NCBI GenBank assembly: GCA_027493775.1
Contig: JAOSKE010000003.1
Span: 269,761 to 333,760, forward strand
DNA length: 64,000 nt
DNA from: Kiritimatiellia bacterium
Lineage (GTDB): Bacteria; Verrucomicrobiota; Kiritimatiellia; CAIVKH01
Direction: 5' to 3'
Shown: positions 32,612-44,868 of the stretch, in pieces
Numbering within the stretch: position 1 is the stretch's first letter
Layout of the letters: each line of letters opens with the position of its first letter
The notes under the pieces: model-generated
The model's input: only the letters and a program-made list of their open reading frames with translations
Database searches by the model: none
What the model was told of the DNA's origin: nothing
Program-made: the position numbers and the translations under genes

Positions 32612-33499
32612 ATGACAATGGTAAATGGCAACAAAATCGTGCTGGGCCTGCCGAAGGGCAGCCTCCAGGAAGCGACCTTCACAATGATGAAGAAGGCCGG
32701 ATTCTCCATCTCCGTCTCCTCGCGTTCCTACCAGCCGACCGTGGACGATTCCGAAATTGAGGCCCGCCTGATCCGCGCACAGGAAATCAGTCGCTACGTG
32801 GAGCAAGGCGTACTCGATGCAGGGCTGACAGGCTATGACTGGATTACAGAAAACCAGTCGGATGTCGTTGAAGTCGCGGAACTCATCTACGCCAAGCAGG
32901 GACTGCGTCCCGTGCGCTGGGTTCTCGCCGTACCAAACGACTCGCCCATCCAGTCGGTCAAAGATCTTGAAGGGAAGCGCATCGCCACCGAAGCGGTCGG
33001 GATTGCAAAGCAGTATCTGGCGCGGAACAATGTGAACGCGCATGTTGAGTTTTCCTGGGGCGCGACAGAAGTCAAGGCGCCGGAACTCGTTGACGCGATT
33101 GTCGAAATCACGGAAACCGGCTCCTCGCTGCGCGCAAACAATTTAAGAATTGTCGAAACCATCCTCGAATCCACAACACGTCTGATCGTCAACAAGGATG
33201 CGTGGAAGAACGATTGGAAACGCCAAAAGATTGAAACGATCGCAATGTTGCTCCGTGGCGCCCTCGCGGCGGAGACGAAAGTTCTGCTCAAACTCAACGT
33301 TTCAGAGGCAAACCTGAAGGCGGTGACAAGCATCCTTCCGGCGCTGAACGCGCCGACGGTGACTCCGCTGAATGGTAGCGCTTGGTTTGCTGTTGAAACA
33401 GTCGTTGATCAGTCAGTCGTACGCACTCTTATTCCCCAACTCAAGGCGGCGGGAGCAGAGGGCATTATTGAACTTTCCTTAAACAAAGTTATCCCCTAG
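32612..33499 (+). CDS. hisG: ATP phosphoribosyltransferase, long form
   Basis: [47 protein letters not shown]-terminal regulatory domain. Confidence 0.96.
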   Translation: MTMVNGNKIVLGLPKGSLQEATFTMMKKAGFSISVSSRSYQPTVDDSEIEARLIRAQEISRYVEQGVLDAGLTGYDWITENQSDVVEVAELIYAKQGLRPVRWVLAVPNDSPIQSVKDLEGKRIATEAVGIAKQYLARNNVNAHVEFSWGATEVKAPELVDAIVEITETGSSLRANNLRIVETILESTTRLIVNKDAWKNDWKRQKIETIAMLLRGALAAETKVLLKLNVSEANLKAVTSILPALNAPTVTPLNGSAWFAVETVVDQSVVRTLIPQLKAAGAEGIIELSLNKVIP

Positions 33500-33540
33500 G
33501 TTGGGTGGTTTGAGGATTTTAAAGGTCTAAAGAGGAAGCT

Positions 33541-33639
33541 ATGGGTTCCGTAAAGAAGAAGCGACGCAAGAAAATGGCAAAGCACAAACGCCGTAAACGT
33601 TTGCGTCTCTCCCGCCACAAAAAGCGTAGCTGGGGTTAA
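33541..33639 (+). CDS. bS22/mS38-like (AURKAIP1/COX24 domain) basic small protein, 32 aa; absent from the ORF track
   Basis: [32 protein letters not shown] with a GAGGAAG RBS. Confidence 0.88.
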   Translation: MGSVKKKRRKKMAKHKRRKRLRLSRHKKRSWG

Positions 33640-33668
33640 CCCCCGCTTCCACCCATCGCCGAAATTTC

Positions 33669-35866
33669 GTGAAAAGCTGGACACCAACTGTTCAGCACAC
33701 GCTGGGCGTGTGCCTGCTCGCCGCAACCTGCGGATGCGTCGGGCCGCGCCCTCCGGCAACATTGCATGCGAACGATGGCGGCGAACTGCATTCCGCTCTC
33801 CCTGCGAATAGCGAGGCCCGGGCCGAAAGCATGGCGCGATACAGCGTCGCGGTCGGCCAGGGGTGGAACTGGCAAGGCGACGCGGCGATCTCCAATTTTC
33901 TGCGCGCGGCAGAAGCAGATCCCGAAAATTTGAAGCTCCAAGTGCGCGTCGCCTTTGAACTGCTTGGCGACGATCGGGCGGAAGAAGCAAACAAACTGAT
34001 GGAACGCATGGCCGCGCGCCGCCCGAACTCCGATCAGGCCCAGCTCTGGGCCGCCTATTTCGCGCGCGCGACCCGACAACCTGAAAAGGCCATCGAGCGC
34101 TACGACCGCGCAATCAAACTTGCCCCGGACTCTCCCGCAGCTTACATCGAAAAAGCCACAACCCTGATAAGGATGGACCGTGGCGACGAGGCCATTGAGA
34201 CCTTGCAAACGGCCATTAAGCGCGGGGTGACGCACGAGGATATTCCGCCGCTACTTGGCCAACTGTTCATTCGGCAAATCATTGCGATCCGCGATCCCGC
34301 CCAAATGGCGAAAAGCGCGACGGGCGCAGTCAACGCGCTGATGCCGCTGTTCACGAAGTTTCCGCGCGACGCAACATTGATGATCGAAATCGCCGTTCTG
34401 CAAAAGTTCAGCGGCGACAACGAGGGCTCTCTTAAAACCTTTGCAGACAACGCCGACATCCTCCCCGGAGATTCGCGCTGGCGACAACGCCAGGTCGGCA
34501 TGATCTTCCGGGGTGATCTCGATCCCGCGCTGCAAGCCGCGCGGCGGCTCGTTGAAAAAAATCCGACGAACGCAAACTATCTGCTCACACTCGGCCACAT
34601 CGAGGAACAAACGCGGAACCCCAAAGCGGCGGAAGCCGCCTATCGCAAGGCAACAAAGCTCGCCCCCGACGACAACGCGCCCATTATCCGACTCGGACTC
34701 CTTCTCAACACGCAAGATCGCTCCGAGGAGGCCGCAAAGCTATTCACCCAGGCGCTCGCAAGACGGCCCGATGATGCGCCGATCCTCGAGCTCATGGCCT
34801 ATCTGGAAATCACTCGCAACCGCCCGAAAGAGGCGCTCGTCTATTTTGAGCGCGTCGCCGCACAATTAACCGCTCCGTACGAAACGGCGCTCACCCCGTA
34901 TTTCGAAACCAGCTATGTCCTCACCTGCCTCCAAGCCGGCGAGACGGAAAAAGCGGCGCAGCTCATTCATGCCCATCTCAACGGAAGCGAGGACCTCGTC
35001 GAAGTTCTTTTCAGCCTGCTCGTCGTCGAGAAAGATCAGGATCGCGTCAAGCAGGGTATTCTCGCCTTTCAGCGCGTCAGCGAACTGAGCCGGACGCGGC
35101 CTATCTCCACACCTATCTCGGACTCCTCTACGGGCACGTCAAGCAGTATAAAAAAGCCATCGAATCCTTCGCGCATGCAGAGCAACTCGCGCATGAGCAG
35201 GAAATTGAAGAAGAAATTTTCACTCCGGTCTTTTATTTCTGGTATGGCGCAACCTGCGAACAAGCGGGCCTTGACGACAAAGCCCTTGAGCAATTCGAGA
35301 AATGCATTGCCCTCAAGCCGCAACCGGACGACCTGAAAAACTACAGCGCTTACATTGACGCGCTGAACTACATCGCCTACATGAACGCCGAACGCGGGCG
35401 GGAACTGGACCGCGGCCTCGTCCTGATCACCGAAGCCCTCGAAGCTCGACCCGATAACGCCGCCTATATTGACACCAGGGGCTGGATTTACTTTATGCAA
35501 GGCAACTATGCCGAAGCCCGCGACGACATTGAGCGAGCCAACTCGCTCATGCCGAACGACCCCACCGTCACCGACCACCTCGGCGATATCTACGAAAAAC
35601 TTGGCGTAATCGAAGAGGCCGTTGATTGGTGGAAGAAGTCGTTTTTACTCGACCCGGAAAACGAAAAGGTTGCGGAAAAACTCACAAGGCAAAACGTGGA
35701 CCTGGCTCCTCTCAGGAAGGAAACAGAGGAACGCGGCAGGGCCGAAAACAGCGATACACTCGACACGCTATTCCACCTCGCCGCGCCGGAAACGCTTCTG
35801 AAAGGCAGCTCCGAAACGGACGACAAGGCTGATGACAGCTACCCCGGCGAAAAAGGAGATCCTTGA
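33669..35866 (+). CDS. Large TPR lipoprotein; apparent frameshift(s) near 35085-35340
   Basis: Signal ending TCGC; many TPRs; the second ORF has PDNAAYIDTRGWIYF...TDHLGDIY, typical of such TPR proteins. Confidence 0.8.
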
Positions 35867-35995
35867 TTTAGTGCGCTGCAAAATTGCCCCCGCCGCGGGT
35901 TTTGCAGCACTCATCAGTACTTGCGCAAAGGCATTGAACTCCGGAAGCCGCGACGCGCAGAGTCGTCGCGGCGCCGGAAGTGGGAAATCCGGCCT

Positions 35996-36971
35996 TTACT
36001 GCGCGGCTTTTACAATCGTGCCGACCTCGGGCTGTTTGTCGCCGGATGTGATATCGCAATAGGAAACCTTGTCGGAGACCTTTACGACCTTCGCCGTGCC
36101 AATGGCATCGCCCTCTTCCGAGCCGAGCAGCTCACCAGTGGTCGGATCAATTAGCTCCTCGCCCTCCGAGACCATCACCAGCGACTGGCCGACTTCAACG
36201 CCGAATTCAGCGCCGCGATTAATGATAATCTGACCATTGTTCGTCACTTTGATCACATTGCCTTCTGAAGGGATACTCTTCCATCTTCTTCGCAAGAAAC
36301 GCCACGGCCTGATTAATCACATCCTGCGCCGCCTCACCCATCGGGGTCTTGGCAAAACCACCCAGCTCACCGCCAATTGCGCCGCTGTATCCAACGCGCA
36401 ATCCCGCGCCGCCGGCTTTACCGACCACGCGCTCCTTGCCGACAATCTCGCCCGTCGTGGTATCCGTCAGAGTGATGATTGCTGTCAGACTCGCGGTGCT
36501 TTTGGAGCCGCCGACACGAAAGCCCTTGATGTTGATTCCGGCGTCGCTGCCCGAGGTGTTTTCCTTTGCTTCCGTGATCGCGCCCGAGGCAAGATATTTT
36601 GCCGGGCGAATTTTGCCGGTCTGCGCAATCTTGGACGCACCGGCAGTGCGCCCGCTCGCGGCAAGGTCCTGCTCGGCGATCACGCTGCCCAACTGCTCGC
36701 GCTGAACAACAACAAAGCGACCGGAATCGAAGAGCGCCGACTCCAGCATAACAGAAAGATTTTGTCCGAGGTCCCAGCTTCCGTGCCACCCTGCGTCATT
36801 TTTGAAGTTCTTCACGCCAATCGCGTGTTTCAGCCCACCCTTATAGCTGCCCAACTTCATATCCGCGTTTCCGGACTCCGTCTTTGTTCCGACGCCCCAC
36901 AGAGCTTGCGCCGGTTGCGCAACAAACATCAGAGATGCACCACAAGCATAAACGATCAATTTACGAATCAC
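35996..36971 (-). CDS. CsgG/HfaB-family protein with FlgT-like C-terminal domain; apparent frameshift near 36270
   Basis: GAGGAGG RBS then GTG at 36971; SGRFVVVQREQLGSVIAEQDL, KYLASGAITE; tail IIINRGAEFGVEVG...IDPTTGELLG. Confidence 0.75.
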
Positions 36972-37106
36972 GCGATACCTCCTCTTCAAAATACAGGGTT
37001 AAACGCTAGCACATCAGCCGCATTTTAGACAAGCACCGACACATCGCGAAAAATTGCCGATCGAGAGCGCTTTGCGCAATCCCTCTCGTTGCAGTACATT
37101 CACGAA

Positions 37107-37903
37107 ATGTTTGGTAGTTTTCAAATCGCACGGCCATACGGGATTCCGTTGAAGCTGCACTGGACGCTCGTCCTGTTCCTGCCGTATATCGCGCTCAGGC
37201 TAACCAGGGGAATGGGGATTGATTCCACATTTTGGGGCTGGGTTGTTGCGCTCGGGCTATTCCTCAGCGTGGCGCTTCATGAGTTCGGACATGCCCTCGT
37301 TGCACGAGGACGCGGATACCCGGTACGCGACATTGTCCTCACCCCAATCGGCGGCGTGGCTTTTCTGTCGCGAATCCCACGCAACCCCAATGATGAACTG
37401 ATCATAGCCATCGCCGGGCCACTGGTGAGCGTTGCGTTGTGGATCGGCTTTTTACTCCTGGCTCCGCTCATTTCCTCACTCAATATGCCAAACTTCGCGA
37501 TGAGTGTTTTGTTTCTAGGCTATATCAATGCCTCACTCGTGATTTTCAATCTGCTGCCCTGTTTCCCGATGGACGGCGGTCGAATATTTCGGGCGTGGCA
37601 ATCCAAACGCGTCGGACGTCTGAAAGCGACACAGCGCGCTGTAACACTCGGAAAATTCTTCGCAACGCTCTTTGCAATCGTGGGTATTTTTTACAATCTC
37701 TTTCTTGTCATCATTGCATTTATGATGTGGCAAATGGCGGCAGCAGAATATCGCGTGGTTCAAATGCAGGAGCGCCCGCGCCAAAATCCGTTCAGCGGGT
37801 TTGTTGACCCCCTCTCCATCTTTCGCGGACAACCGCCCCCACCCGTCCACAACCGCCGGAAATTATTGATGTTGAAGTCAGCCCGCCGCCCTACGAAAAG
37901 TGA
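37107..37903 (+). CDS. Site-2 protease (M50 family); apparent frameshift near 37857
   Basis: HEFGH, PIGGVA, IAGPLVS, FNLLPCFPMDGGR; the alternative frame ends IIDVEVSPPPYEK* at 37903. Confidence 0.88.
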
Positions 37904-37941
37904 ACGAAGAGCGCAGCGGACTGAAACGCCGGTTATGCGAT

Positions 37942-37980
37942 AAAAAAATGGGACGGATCACTCTGATCCGCCCCATCTTT
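37942..37980. terminator. Probable bidirectional intrinsic terminator between the convergent S2P gene and asd
   Basis: A-run, ATGGGACGGATCA-CTC-TGATCCGCCCCAT stem, then TTT. Confidence 0.65.
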
Positions 37981-38009
37981 GATAACGTTCGCCGCGATTG
38001 CCTGCGCAA

Positions 38010-39014
38010 TTACTCTTTGATCAGCTCTTCCGCAATCTGGATGGCATTTTGCGCTGCGCCCTTCCAGATGTTGTCGCCGGAGCACCAGAGAACAAGGCCG
38101 TTGTCTGTGCTTTGATCCCTGCGAATTCGTCCAACGAGCACGTCGTCATGCTCCGAGGCATCGAGCGGCATGGGGTATTGCGCCTGCTTCGGATTATCCA
38201 CCACGCGAACGCCGGGTGAGTGAGAAAGAATGTCACGCGCCTGTTCGGGCGTGATCGGCTTCTCGAACTCGACATTCAGCGCAATACTATGACCGTTGAT
38301 CACCGGCACACGTGCGCAGGTGTTCCCCACGCGAATGGAATCATCGCCCAGAATTTTGTGCGTTTCCTTGCGCATCTTGACTTCTTCCGTGCTCTCGCCC
38401 GAATCGTCCTTGAACGAGCCGACAGACGGCAACACGTTGAATGCAATCTGGTGAGGATATACCTCATGCGAAACGTCCTTGCCTTCCGCCCAGGCACGAA
38501 CCTGATTTTCCAGCTCCTTCACAGCGGGAGCGCCGGTGCCGGACACCGCCTGATAGGTGCTGGCGACGATACGCTTGATCTTTGCCGCCTTGTGCAATGG
38601 CGCAAGCGGCATCAACGCAATCGTGGTGCTGCAGTTCGGGTTCGCAATCAGCCCCTGATGATTCTTCAACGCATCCGCATTGATTTCGGGAATAACGAGA
38701 GGAACACGCGGGTCCATACGGAAATCATCGCCGTTATCAATCACGACGCATCCGCGCTTCACCGCCTCCCAGCCCAGCATCTGCGACGCGCCTTTCGATC
38801 CCTCGGTTCCCGCAAAGAATGCGAAATCCATCCCATCGAACGCCTCCGGCGAAGCGACCTTCACCTGCACCGGCTCGCCGTCAATCACTTCCGTACGCTC
38901 GCTGCGCGCCAGAACCGTCAACGACTTCATCGGAAACTTGCGCTTTCTCAGGAGACGGACCATTTCAGTGCCGACCGCACCGATACCCACCACGCATACA
39001 TTATACTGCTTCAT
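38010..39014 (-). CDS. asd: Aspartate-semialdehyde dehydrogenase
   Basis: VGIGAVG, PLVIPEIN, IANPNCST, TYQAVSGTG, CARVPVINGHS, DNIWKGAAQNAIQIAE. Confidence 0.96.
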   Translation of the reverse strand: MKQYNVCVVGIGAVGTEMVRLLRKRKFPMKSLTVLARSERTEVIDGEPVQVKVASPEAFDGMDFAFFAGTEGSKGASQMLGWEAVKRGCVVIDNGDDFRMDPRVPLVIPEINADALKNHQGLIANPNCSTTIALMPLAPLHKAAKIKRIVASTYQAVSGTGAPAVKELENQVRAWAEGKDVSHEVYPHQIAFNVLPSVGSFKDDSGESTEEVKMRKETHKILGDDSIRVGNTCARVPVINGHSIALNVEFEKPITPEQARDILSHSPGVRVVDNPKQAQYPMPLDASEHDDVLVGRIRRDQSTDNGLVLWCSGDNIWKGAAQNAIQIAEELIKE

Positions 39015-39062
39015 AGCTCGCTACTCTCTTCTCAATCAGCGGCGCACAGCCGCCATACAGGA

Positions 39063-40127
39063 TTAAACAAAACTCGCTACAAGGTCTCCGATCTCGGACG
39101 TGCCCAATCCCATGCGACCCGCCGCAAGCGACTTGATCTTACCACAATTCAGGGCTTTTGTCACGGCTTGCTCAATCGCAGCGCCCGCTTCGTGCTCACC
39201 CAAGGTATCGAGCATCATTCCCGCCGCAACAATCGCAGCGATCGGGTTGATTACATTCTGGCCTGTGTATTTCGGCGCACTGCCGCCCATCGGCTCAAAC
39301 ATGCTCACGCCTTCGGGATTGATGTTTCCACCGGCTGCAACTCCGAGACCGCCCTGAATAATCGCCGCAAGGTCAGTAATGATATCGCCGAACAGGTTCT
39401 CCGTAACAATCACGTCGTACCACTCCGGCTGCTTCACAAACCACATCGTCGCCGCATCCACATGGTTATAGTCCTGCCTGATGTCCGGGAAATCCTTGTC
39501 GCCGACTTCCTTGTGCGTGCGCACCCATAAATCGCCCGCATGCGTCAGCACATTGGACTTGTGCACCAGTGTCAGCATTTTCTTTTTGTTGCGGCGGCGG
39601 GCGTACTCGTATGCAAAACGTACGCAACGCTCCACGACCGGACGGCCATAAATCATCACCTGCGTCGCAATTTCCATCGGCGTTCCCTTCTGCACCACGC
39701 CACCCACGCCCGTATAAACGCCGCCGGTGTTCTCACGAACCACAACGAAATCAACATCCTTCGGCTCCTTGTCCTTCAGCGGACAATCTTCCGTGCGGTA
39801 GAGTTTTACCGGGCGGAGGTTGATGTACTGATCCAGTGCAAAGCGCGCCTTGAGCAAAATGCCGACCTCCAGCACGCCGGGCTTTACATCGGGGTGACCG
39901 ATCGCTCCGAGAAAAATTGAGTCCTGCTTACGGAACTCTTCGATCGCGGAGTCCGGCAATGTCTCGCCCGTTTTCAGATAGCGAGCGCCGCCGAAATCGT
40001 AGGGATGGTAATTCAGCTTGAAGCCAAATTTCGACTCTGCGACTGCGAGCGATTTCATCGCCTCGCGCACCACTTCCGGGCCTGTGCCATCGCCACCGAT
40101 TACCGCGACATTGTAAGATTTGCTCAT
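39063..40127 (-). CDS. leuB: 3-isopropylmalate dehydrogenase
   Basis: [55 protein letters not shown]. Confidence 0.9.
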   Translation of the reverse strand: MSKSYNVAVIGGDGTGPEVVREAMKSLAVAESKFGFKLNYHPYDFGGARYLKTGETLPDSAIEEFRKQDSIFLGAIGHPDVKPGVLEVGILLKARFALDQYINLRPVKLYRTEDCPLKDKEPKDVDFVVVRENTGGVYTGVGGVVQKGTPMEIATQVMIYGRPVVERCVRFAYEYARRRNKKKMLTLVHKSNVLTHAGDLWVRTHKEVGDKDFPDIRQDYNHVDAATMWFVKQPEWYDVIVTENLFGDIITDLAAIIQGGLGVAAGGNINPEGVSMFEPMGGSAPKYTGQNVINPIAAIVAAGMMLDTLGEHEAGAAIEQAVTKALNCGKIKSLAAGRMGLGTSEIGDLVASFV

Positions 40128-40163
40128 CACTCATTCCTCTCTTGCGCCAGTTTTTCTGCAAAT

Positions 40164-40210
40164 TTCCAAGGGTTGGAAGTCCTTGCCCAAACAACTTCCA
40201 AGGGTTGGAA
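40164..40210. repeat. Pair of TTCCAA-N3-TTGGAA palindromes, 32-bp spacing (locus B)
   Basis: ttccaagggttggaa at 40164 and at 40196. Confidence 0.9.
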
Positions 40211-40297
40211 AATCAAAGGGAGTCGCAATGTATAGGCACTTCCTCTGCGCGTCAATAAGCGTGGTGATCCGTTCATGGCCGGAAAGGGTCAGTGCGA

Positions 40298-40373
40298 TGG
40301 CGTCCCCAACCGGATTCGAACCGGTGTTACCAGGATGAAAACCTGGTGTCCTAGGCCTCTAGACGATGGGGAC
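40298..40373 (-). tRNA. tRNA-Glu(TTC)
   Basis: GTCCCCATCGTCTAGAGGCCTAGGACACCAGGTTTTCATCCTGGTAACACCGGTTCGAATCCGGTTGGGGACGCCA. Confidence 0.97.
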
Positions 40374-40459
40374 CCCCGAAAGAGAAGGAGGACGGTAGCA
40401 CAGTTTGAATCTTGGGCAATCTCAATTTGTGGGTGATTCGCAGGGCGACAGCGCCTCGC

Positions 40460-40496
40460 AAAAGAAGGGGCGCGACGGTGGTTCCGTCGCGCCCCT
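40460..40496 (-). terminator. Intrinsic terminator after the surface-protein gene cluster
   Basis: Perfect 13-bp stem AGGGGCGCGACGG/CCGTCGCGCCCCT with a 5-nt loop, followed by TCTTTT on the minus strand. Confidence 0.75.
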
Positions 40497-40520
40497 CGGG
40501 GGTTCTGAATGTTCCAGCGA

Positions 40521-43500
40521 TTACGGAGCAGACATTTCGACAGTGACTCGGAACGCTGCGCTATTGGTCGTCGTTCCAGCGTTCAACTGTAGAGGAGTGC
40601 CGGTTCCTTCTGTTCCGTTGCCCACTTGCGTCCAAGTCTGCGACCCGCGCAGGCTTGGGATAGTCCACAAGCGATAGACGCGGCCGATGACAGTGGGCAC
40701 GGTTGCGCCAGCGCCGGGAACTCTGATGACTTCGAAGTAGCTATTCGCGCCGTTCGGCGGAACGGGATCCGTGCCAGCGATGAATTCTTCGATGTTCGGA
40801 GAACCGTCACCGTCGGAGTCCAGCTCGTCTCCGGGGTAGCTACCCACATCGCCCCAGTTTGCGACGATCCAGTCCTCTTGTTCCTGTGAGTAACCGCTGC
40901 CACCGCCGTCAATGGTCTGGCAATCGTTCAGCAGTCCGGGCGTTGCGAGGCGCCAGTCGTCAGTAGGGCCGGGCGTCCAGGCGAAATCGGACGCGGTATT
41001 TCCCGTGCCGCACACTTGCAGCGAGTATCCGACCGGCGTCCCGGTGTTAGTTTCACGCAAGCCGATGTCTGTGGAGGTAAGCCCTTGCGCGGGGCCGTTG
41101 ACAGCCGTTATCACCCCTTCATAGCTGATGAACTGAAGGACGACGCTGCCGCCGTACACCAGCGCAAGTCCGTCAGGTCCGTTGAACAGTGCGCCATTGG
41201 CACCGGCATCCGGCGCGAACCAGAGGGCGCCAAACCCTTGTCCTTCGTCCGGAATGACTCCCGACAGAGCAATGTTGCTATAGACAACACTCCCCGAGTT
41301 ATAGTCATAGAGATAGACATTGTATCCGTTCAGGTCTGTGCCCGCCGGACCAGCGATTTCGAAGCCCTCGTCCACGTCCGCGCCCTGATTGTCATAATGG
41401 ATTTCGTTGATCCACAGGTTTGTCTGAATGGGCGCGGGCGGTGATGTTACGGTGATGCTGATCTGCTCGGAATCAGCGCCATCTTTATCCGACGCGTAGA
41501 AGGATACAGTGTACACACCCGCCGGGCCGGGGTTGGCCCACGAGAAGTAACCGCTTGCATTGGTTGAGCCGAAGGTCGAACCCACAGGCGCATTCGAGAC
41601 GGTGAGGGTGACCGGATCGCCATCCGTCGGCGTCGCAGTAACCGCGAAGCCCAATGGAACACCCGCCGCAGCGGACTTGTTGCCGATGAGATTCAACACG
41701 GGCGGCACGGGGCCTGCCGAGCTCACAGTTCCAAACACGACGACGTCGTCTATTTTGAGGATGCCTCCACCTGACGTGGCGCGTGAACCGTTCGTCCAGC
41801 CCTGAATCATGACGGTGATGGCTCCTGTCTGATTGTCCACGCCCGTCACGGCGTTGCTCACAACCACCAGCGAGGAATCCGGCGCGTCCATAGCATTTGT
41901 CGCTAGGCCGCCGCCCACATCGTAGCCGATGCCCGACGGCCCGGCGGCTGTGGCGTAGGCGCGGAATGCGATTCCGGTGATTGAGATCTCGTATCCGGGC
42001 TGCGGGGTGATCGTGAAGAAGAAGTTCTTGGCTTCCGCCTGACTGGTCTTATTCCATCCGGCGGTTTCCTCGATATAAGGCATGTTCGGGAAGTAGCTCC
42101 CCGTTGTGACGTTTGTCTCAATCGTGCCGGAGGACAGCGCCATGTCCGAAACGGAGATATTCGCGTCCTTTGTCGAAACAGCCAAAGAACCGTCGGTGAA
42201 ACGGAAGGCGGCGATGCCTTCCGGCGTCTCCGGCGGCGTATCATTATCATTGATGGTCAGCGTGAAGGTGGACGGAGTCACAGCGCCAGCACCCGTGACA
42301 TTCGCCAGGGTCAGCGTGATGGTCTCCGGCCCCTCAACTTCCGCGTCATCATTAATGGTGATCGTGAACGTCGCCGAGGTCGTCGCGCCGTTCATCGCGA
42401 AGTTCGTGGTGTTAATCGTGTAGTCATTACCCGCGCCAAGCGTGGCCGTGCCGCCCAGTGTAACACTGCCGCTGACATTGCCGCTGGGAAGAGTCTTCAC
42501 GACCGTGACGGTGTAGGTACCCGCGTCTTCCCCTGCGCTCGCGGACGCCACGGCGAAGTGGACGTTTGTGCCGGGAGGGGCGGCTCGCCGCCAAGCGAAT
42601 AGACGGTGAAATCGTCAACGTTAGCTCGGGCGCTGGCAGGTCCGCTGGTTTTGCGGACACGGAATCGAATGTCGCCCGCCTGGTTGATATTTGTCGCGTA
42701 AAGCGTGAGATCCGTGCTTTCAACGGCAACGGTTCCCGCGTCCAGCCAAGAGGAGCCGGAATCGAGACTGTATTCGAGCGTAAGGGCGCCATCTCCATCG
42801 GAGCCATATTTCGCATAGAGAAAACTAACCACGCCCACACCACCCGAAATGTCTTGCTGCATTTCAATGGTCGCGACGTCATTGGTGCGAAGACGGGCGG
42901 ACTTGCTACCGTTCTTGCGATCCCCCGCAAGTGTTCCAATAACCGCTTCGTCGAACGTCCACACGACATTGCTCAGCGTCACATTGCCGGCAGCATAGCT
43001 TGCTTTGCTGCCATCCTCAAACCCCGTATAATAGACGACCTCGCCCTGCTCTGGAATTTCGGCATCGTTATCCGTTATGGTAATGACTGTTTGATCCGGC
43101 GAAGCAATACCTGCGCCGATTACATTGGCGAGATCCAGGGTGATGGTTTCGCTGCTCTCCTCATCCACGTCATCAATGAGCGTGACCGTGAAGGTCGCCG
43201 ATGTCGTCGCGCCATTCATGACAAAGTTAGTGGTGTCAATGGTGTAGTCCGTCCCCAGCGTGGCCGTTCCGCCAAGCGTAACACTGCCGCTGACATTGCC
43301 GCTGGGAAGAGTCTTCACAACAGTAACAGAGACAGAGCCGGCGTCCTCATTGACGGTCTGTGAGGCGACGGTGAAATGCACGTTGGTAGGCGGCGGACCG
43401 GATGAGCCAATGGAGCCAGAGAGTTCGACATTATCTATGCGCCATGATCCGTTCGCTGCTTCGGCGTTATATCCGTAAATGCGGAATGTTACCGTGGAAA

Positions 43501-43951
43501 GGCCGGCAAAACTCCCGCCGAGCGCCACAGATTGACTTCGAGTATCCGTGTTATCGGGCACATTTCCGGTCGCAATATCGGCCGTATATCCATCCAAGCT
43601 GCTGCGCACGGACCAGTCAGCAATGCCGGTACCGGAACGGCGCTCCTGGAAGGCCAGATCCGTGAGCGTCACGGCATAGCCGCTATCGGCAGTAATAGTG
43701 AATTCAAAATAGTCGTTTTCATCCAGCGCACCCAGCGACCATTGGGTCGCAGCGAATGTGCCTGAGCCAGCACTTGCCGTAACTCCTGTGCCACGGCTCA
43801 TGTCGCTGAACGCCGCGTTCGCCGGTTGTGAATCCACGGGGTACGTCGCCTCACTCCCTGCTGCGCCCGTGAATGTGTAGATTCCCAGTTGGTCTGCCCA
43901 ACTGTGCCCAGCAATGAGAAGGGCCATTAGACCCGCGATCTTCATTTTCAT
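40521..43951 (-). CDS. Secreted multidomain surface protein (~1,140 aa): jelly-roll domains, two Calx-beta domains, Ig-like, lamin-tail-like, acidic DSDGDG motif and C-terminal domain; apparent frameshift near 42570
   Basis: Signal peptide MKMKIAGLMALLIAGHSWA; Calx-beta (VHFTVASQTVNEDAG...TITDND); LWINEIHYDN; DSDGDGSPNIEEFIAGTDP. Confidence 0.82.
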
Positions 43952-44045
43952 ACGAACTGCTCCTTCATTAAATGGTCTGTTCCTTCATCCCAAACGAGTA
44001 GGCATCGTCGCCGGCGCGATGCGATGAGGCGGCACTCGATCTGCC

Positions 44046-44868
44046 TCAGTACACCAAACGCACTCGATAGATTCCGATGGCGTCGAGTGCGCCGTTGGTA
44101 ACGATGGTGGAAGTTCTATCTCCGACGGCGGTGACGACACTGTTGACGTTGGTAAATACGTTCGGCTTGGTGAGGTCGCCGGCTGCGAATTCGAGTTGAT
44201 AGGATTTGCCGGGTACGGAGTCCCATTGGACATGGAGGTCGCCATTGGACTGTGGAAGCACACGCACCATGGCAAGGTAGGAATCTTCGTCGGTGAGATC
44301 GGTGCCTGCGCGATATTCATCTCCGTCACTAACTCCATCTCCATCAGTATCTCGGTTTTGCGGGTCGGAGCCAAGACTTTTTTCCCACGAATTGTTGAGA
44401 CCGTCTCCGTCGTCGTCGGCGGCATCGAGCGGCGAGGCGGTGCTGCTAACATTGAGATAAAAAATGGTGAAGTTTTGTTCGGGGGTGAAGACTTGCGAAT
44501 CGGTATAAAACGAGGCTTGTTCCAGCGTGGGGGCGTTGAAGACGCGGGCGAATATTTTCTGGGTTGGGCGGGGCGTGAGCGCGGCGCTGAAGCGGCCCGA
44601 CCATGGAGGGATGGTTCCGCACGCCGTTCCCGATTTTGGTTGTAAAAACGACGGGGTTGTTCGCATGTGGACGGCCATCCACGCCGGGTGGATAGACCTG
44701 CCCGTTTTCCTGAAGGTATTGGACAAGCGCCCCGGACGGCACGGCCTGTCCGAATTCGTTATAGATGGGCTGCATACTCGCGGACTGCAGCGGCGCAACC
44801 TGCGCCGCTGCCCAATTCGCGGTGGCGAACAGGAGCGCGGGAATCCAGATTGTTCGTGTTATTTTCAT
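44046..44868 (-). CDS. Secreted protein with acidic DxDGDG repeats and a beta-rich C-terminal domain; apparent frameshift near 44625
   Basis: Signal peptide MKITRTIWIPALLFATANWAAA; DDDGDGLNNSWE..DTDGDGVSDGDEYRAGTD; ends IYRVRLVY. ATG overlaps the stop of the giant gene. Confidence 0.75.

Noticed and set aside
38220-39530. Long antisense ORFs (also 22104..23099, 47965..49125, 53860..55014, 57216..58133)
   Set aside because: Shadow frames opposite well-supported genes, expected from GC-rich codon bias.
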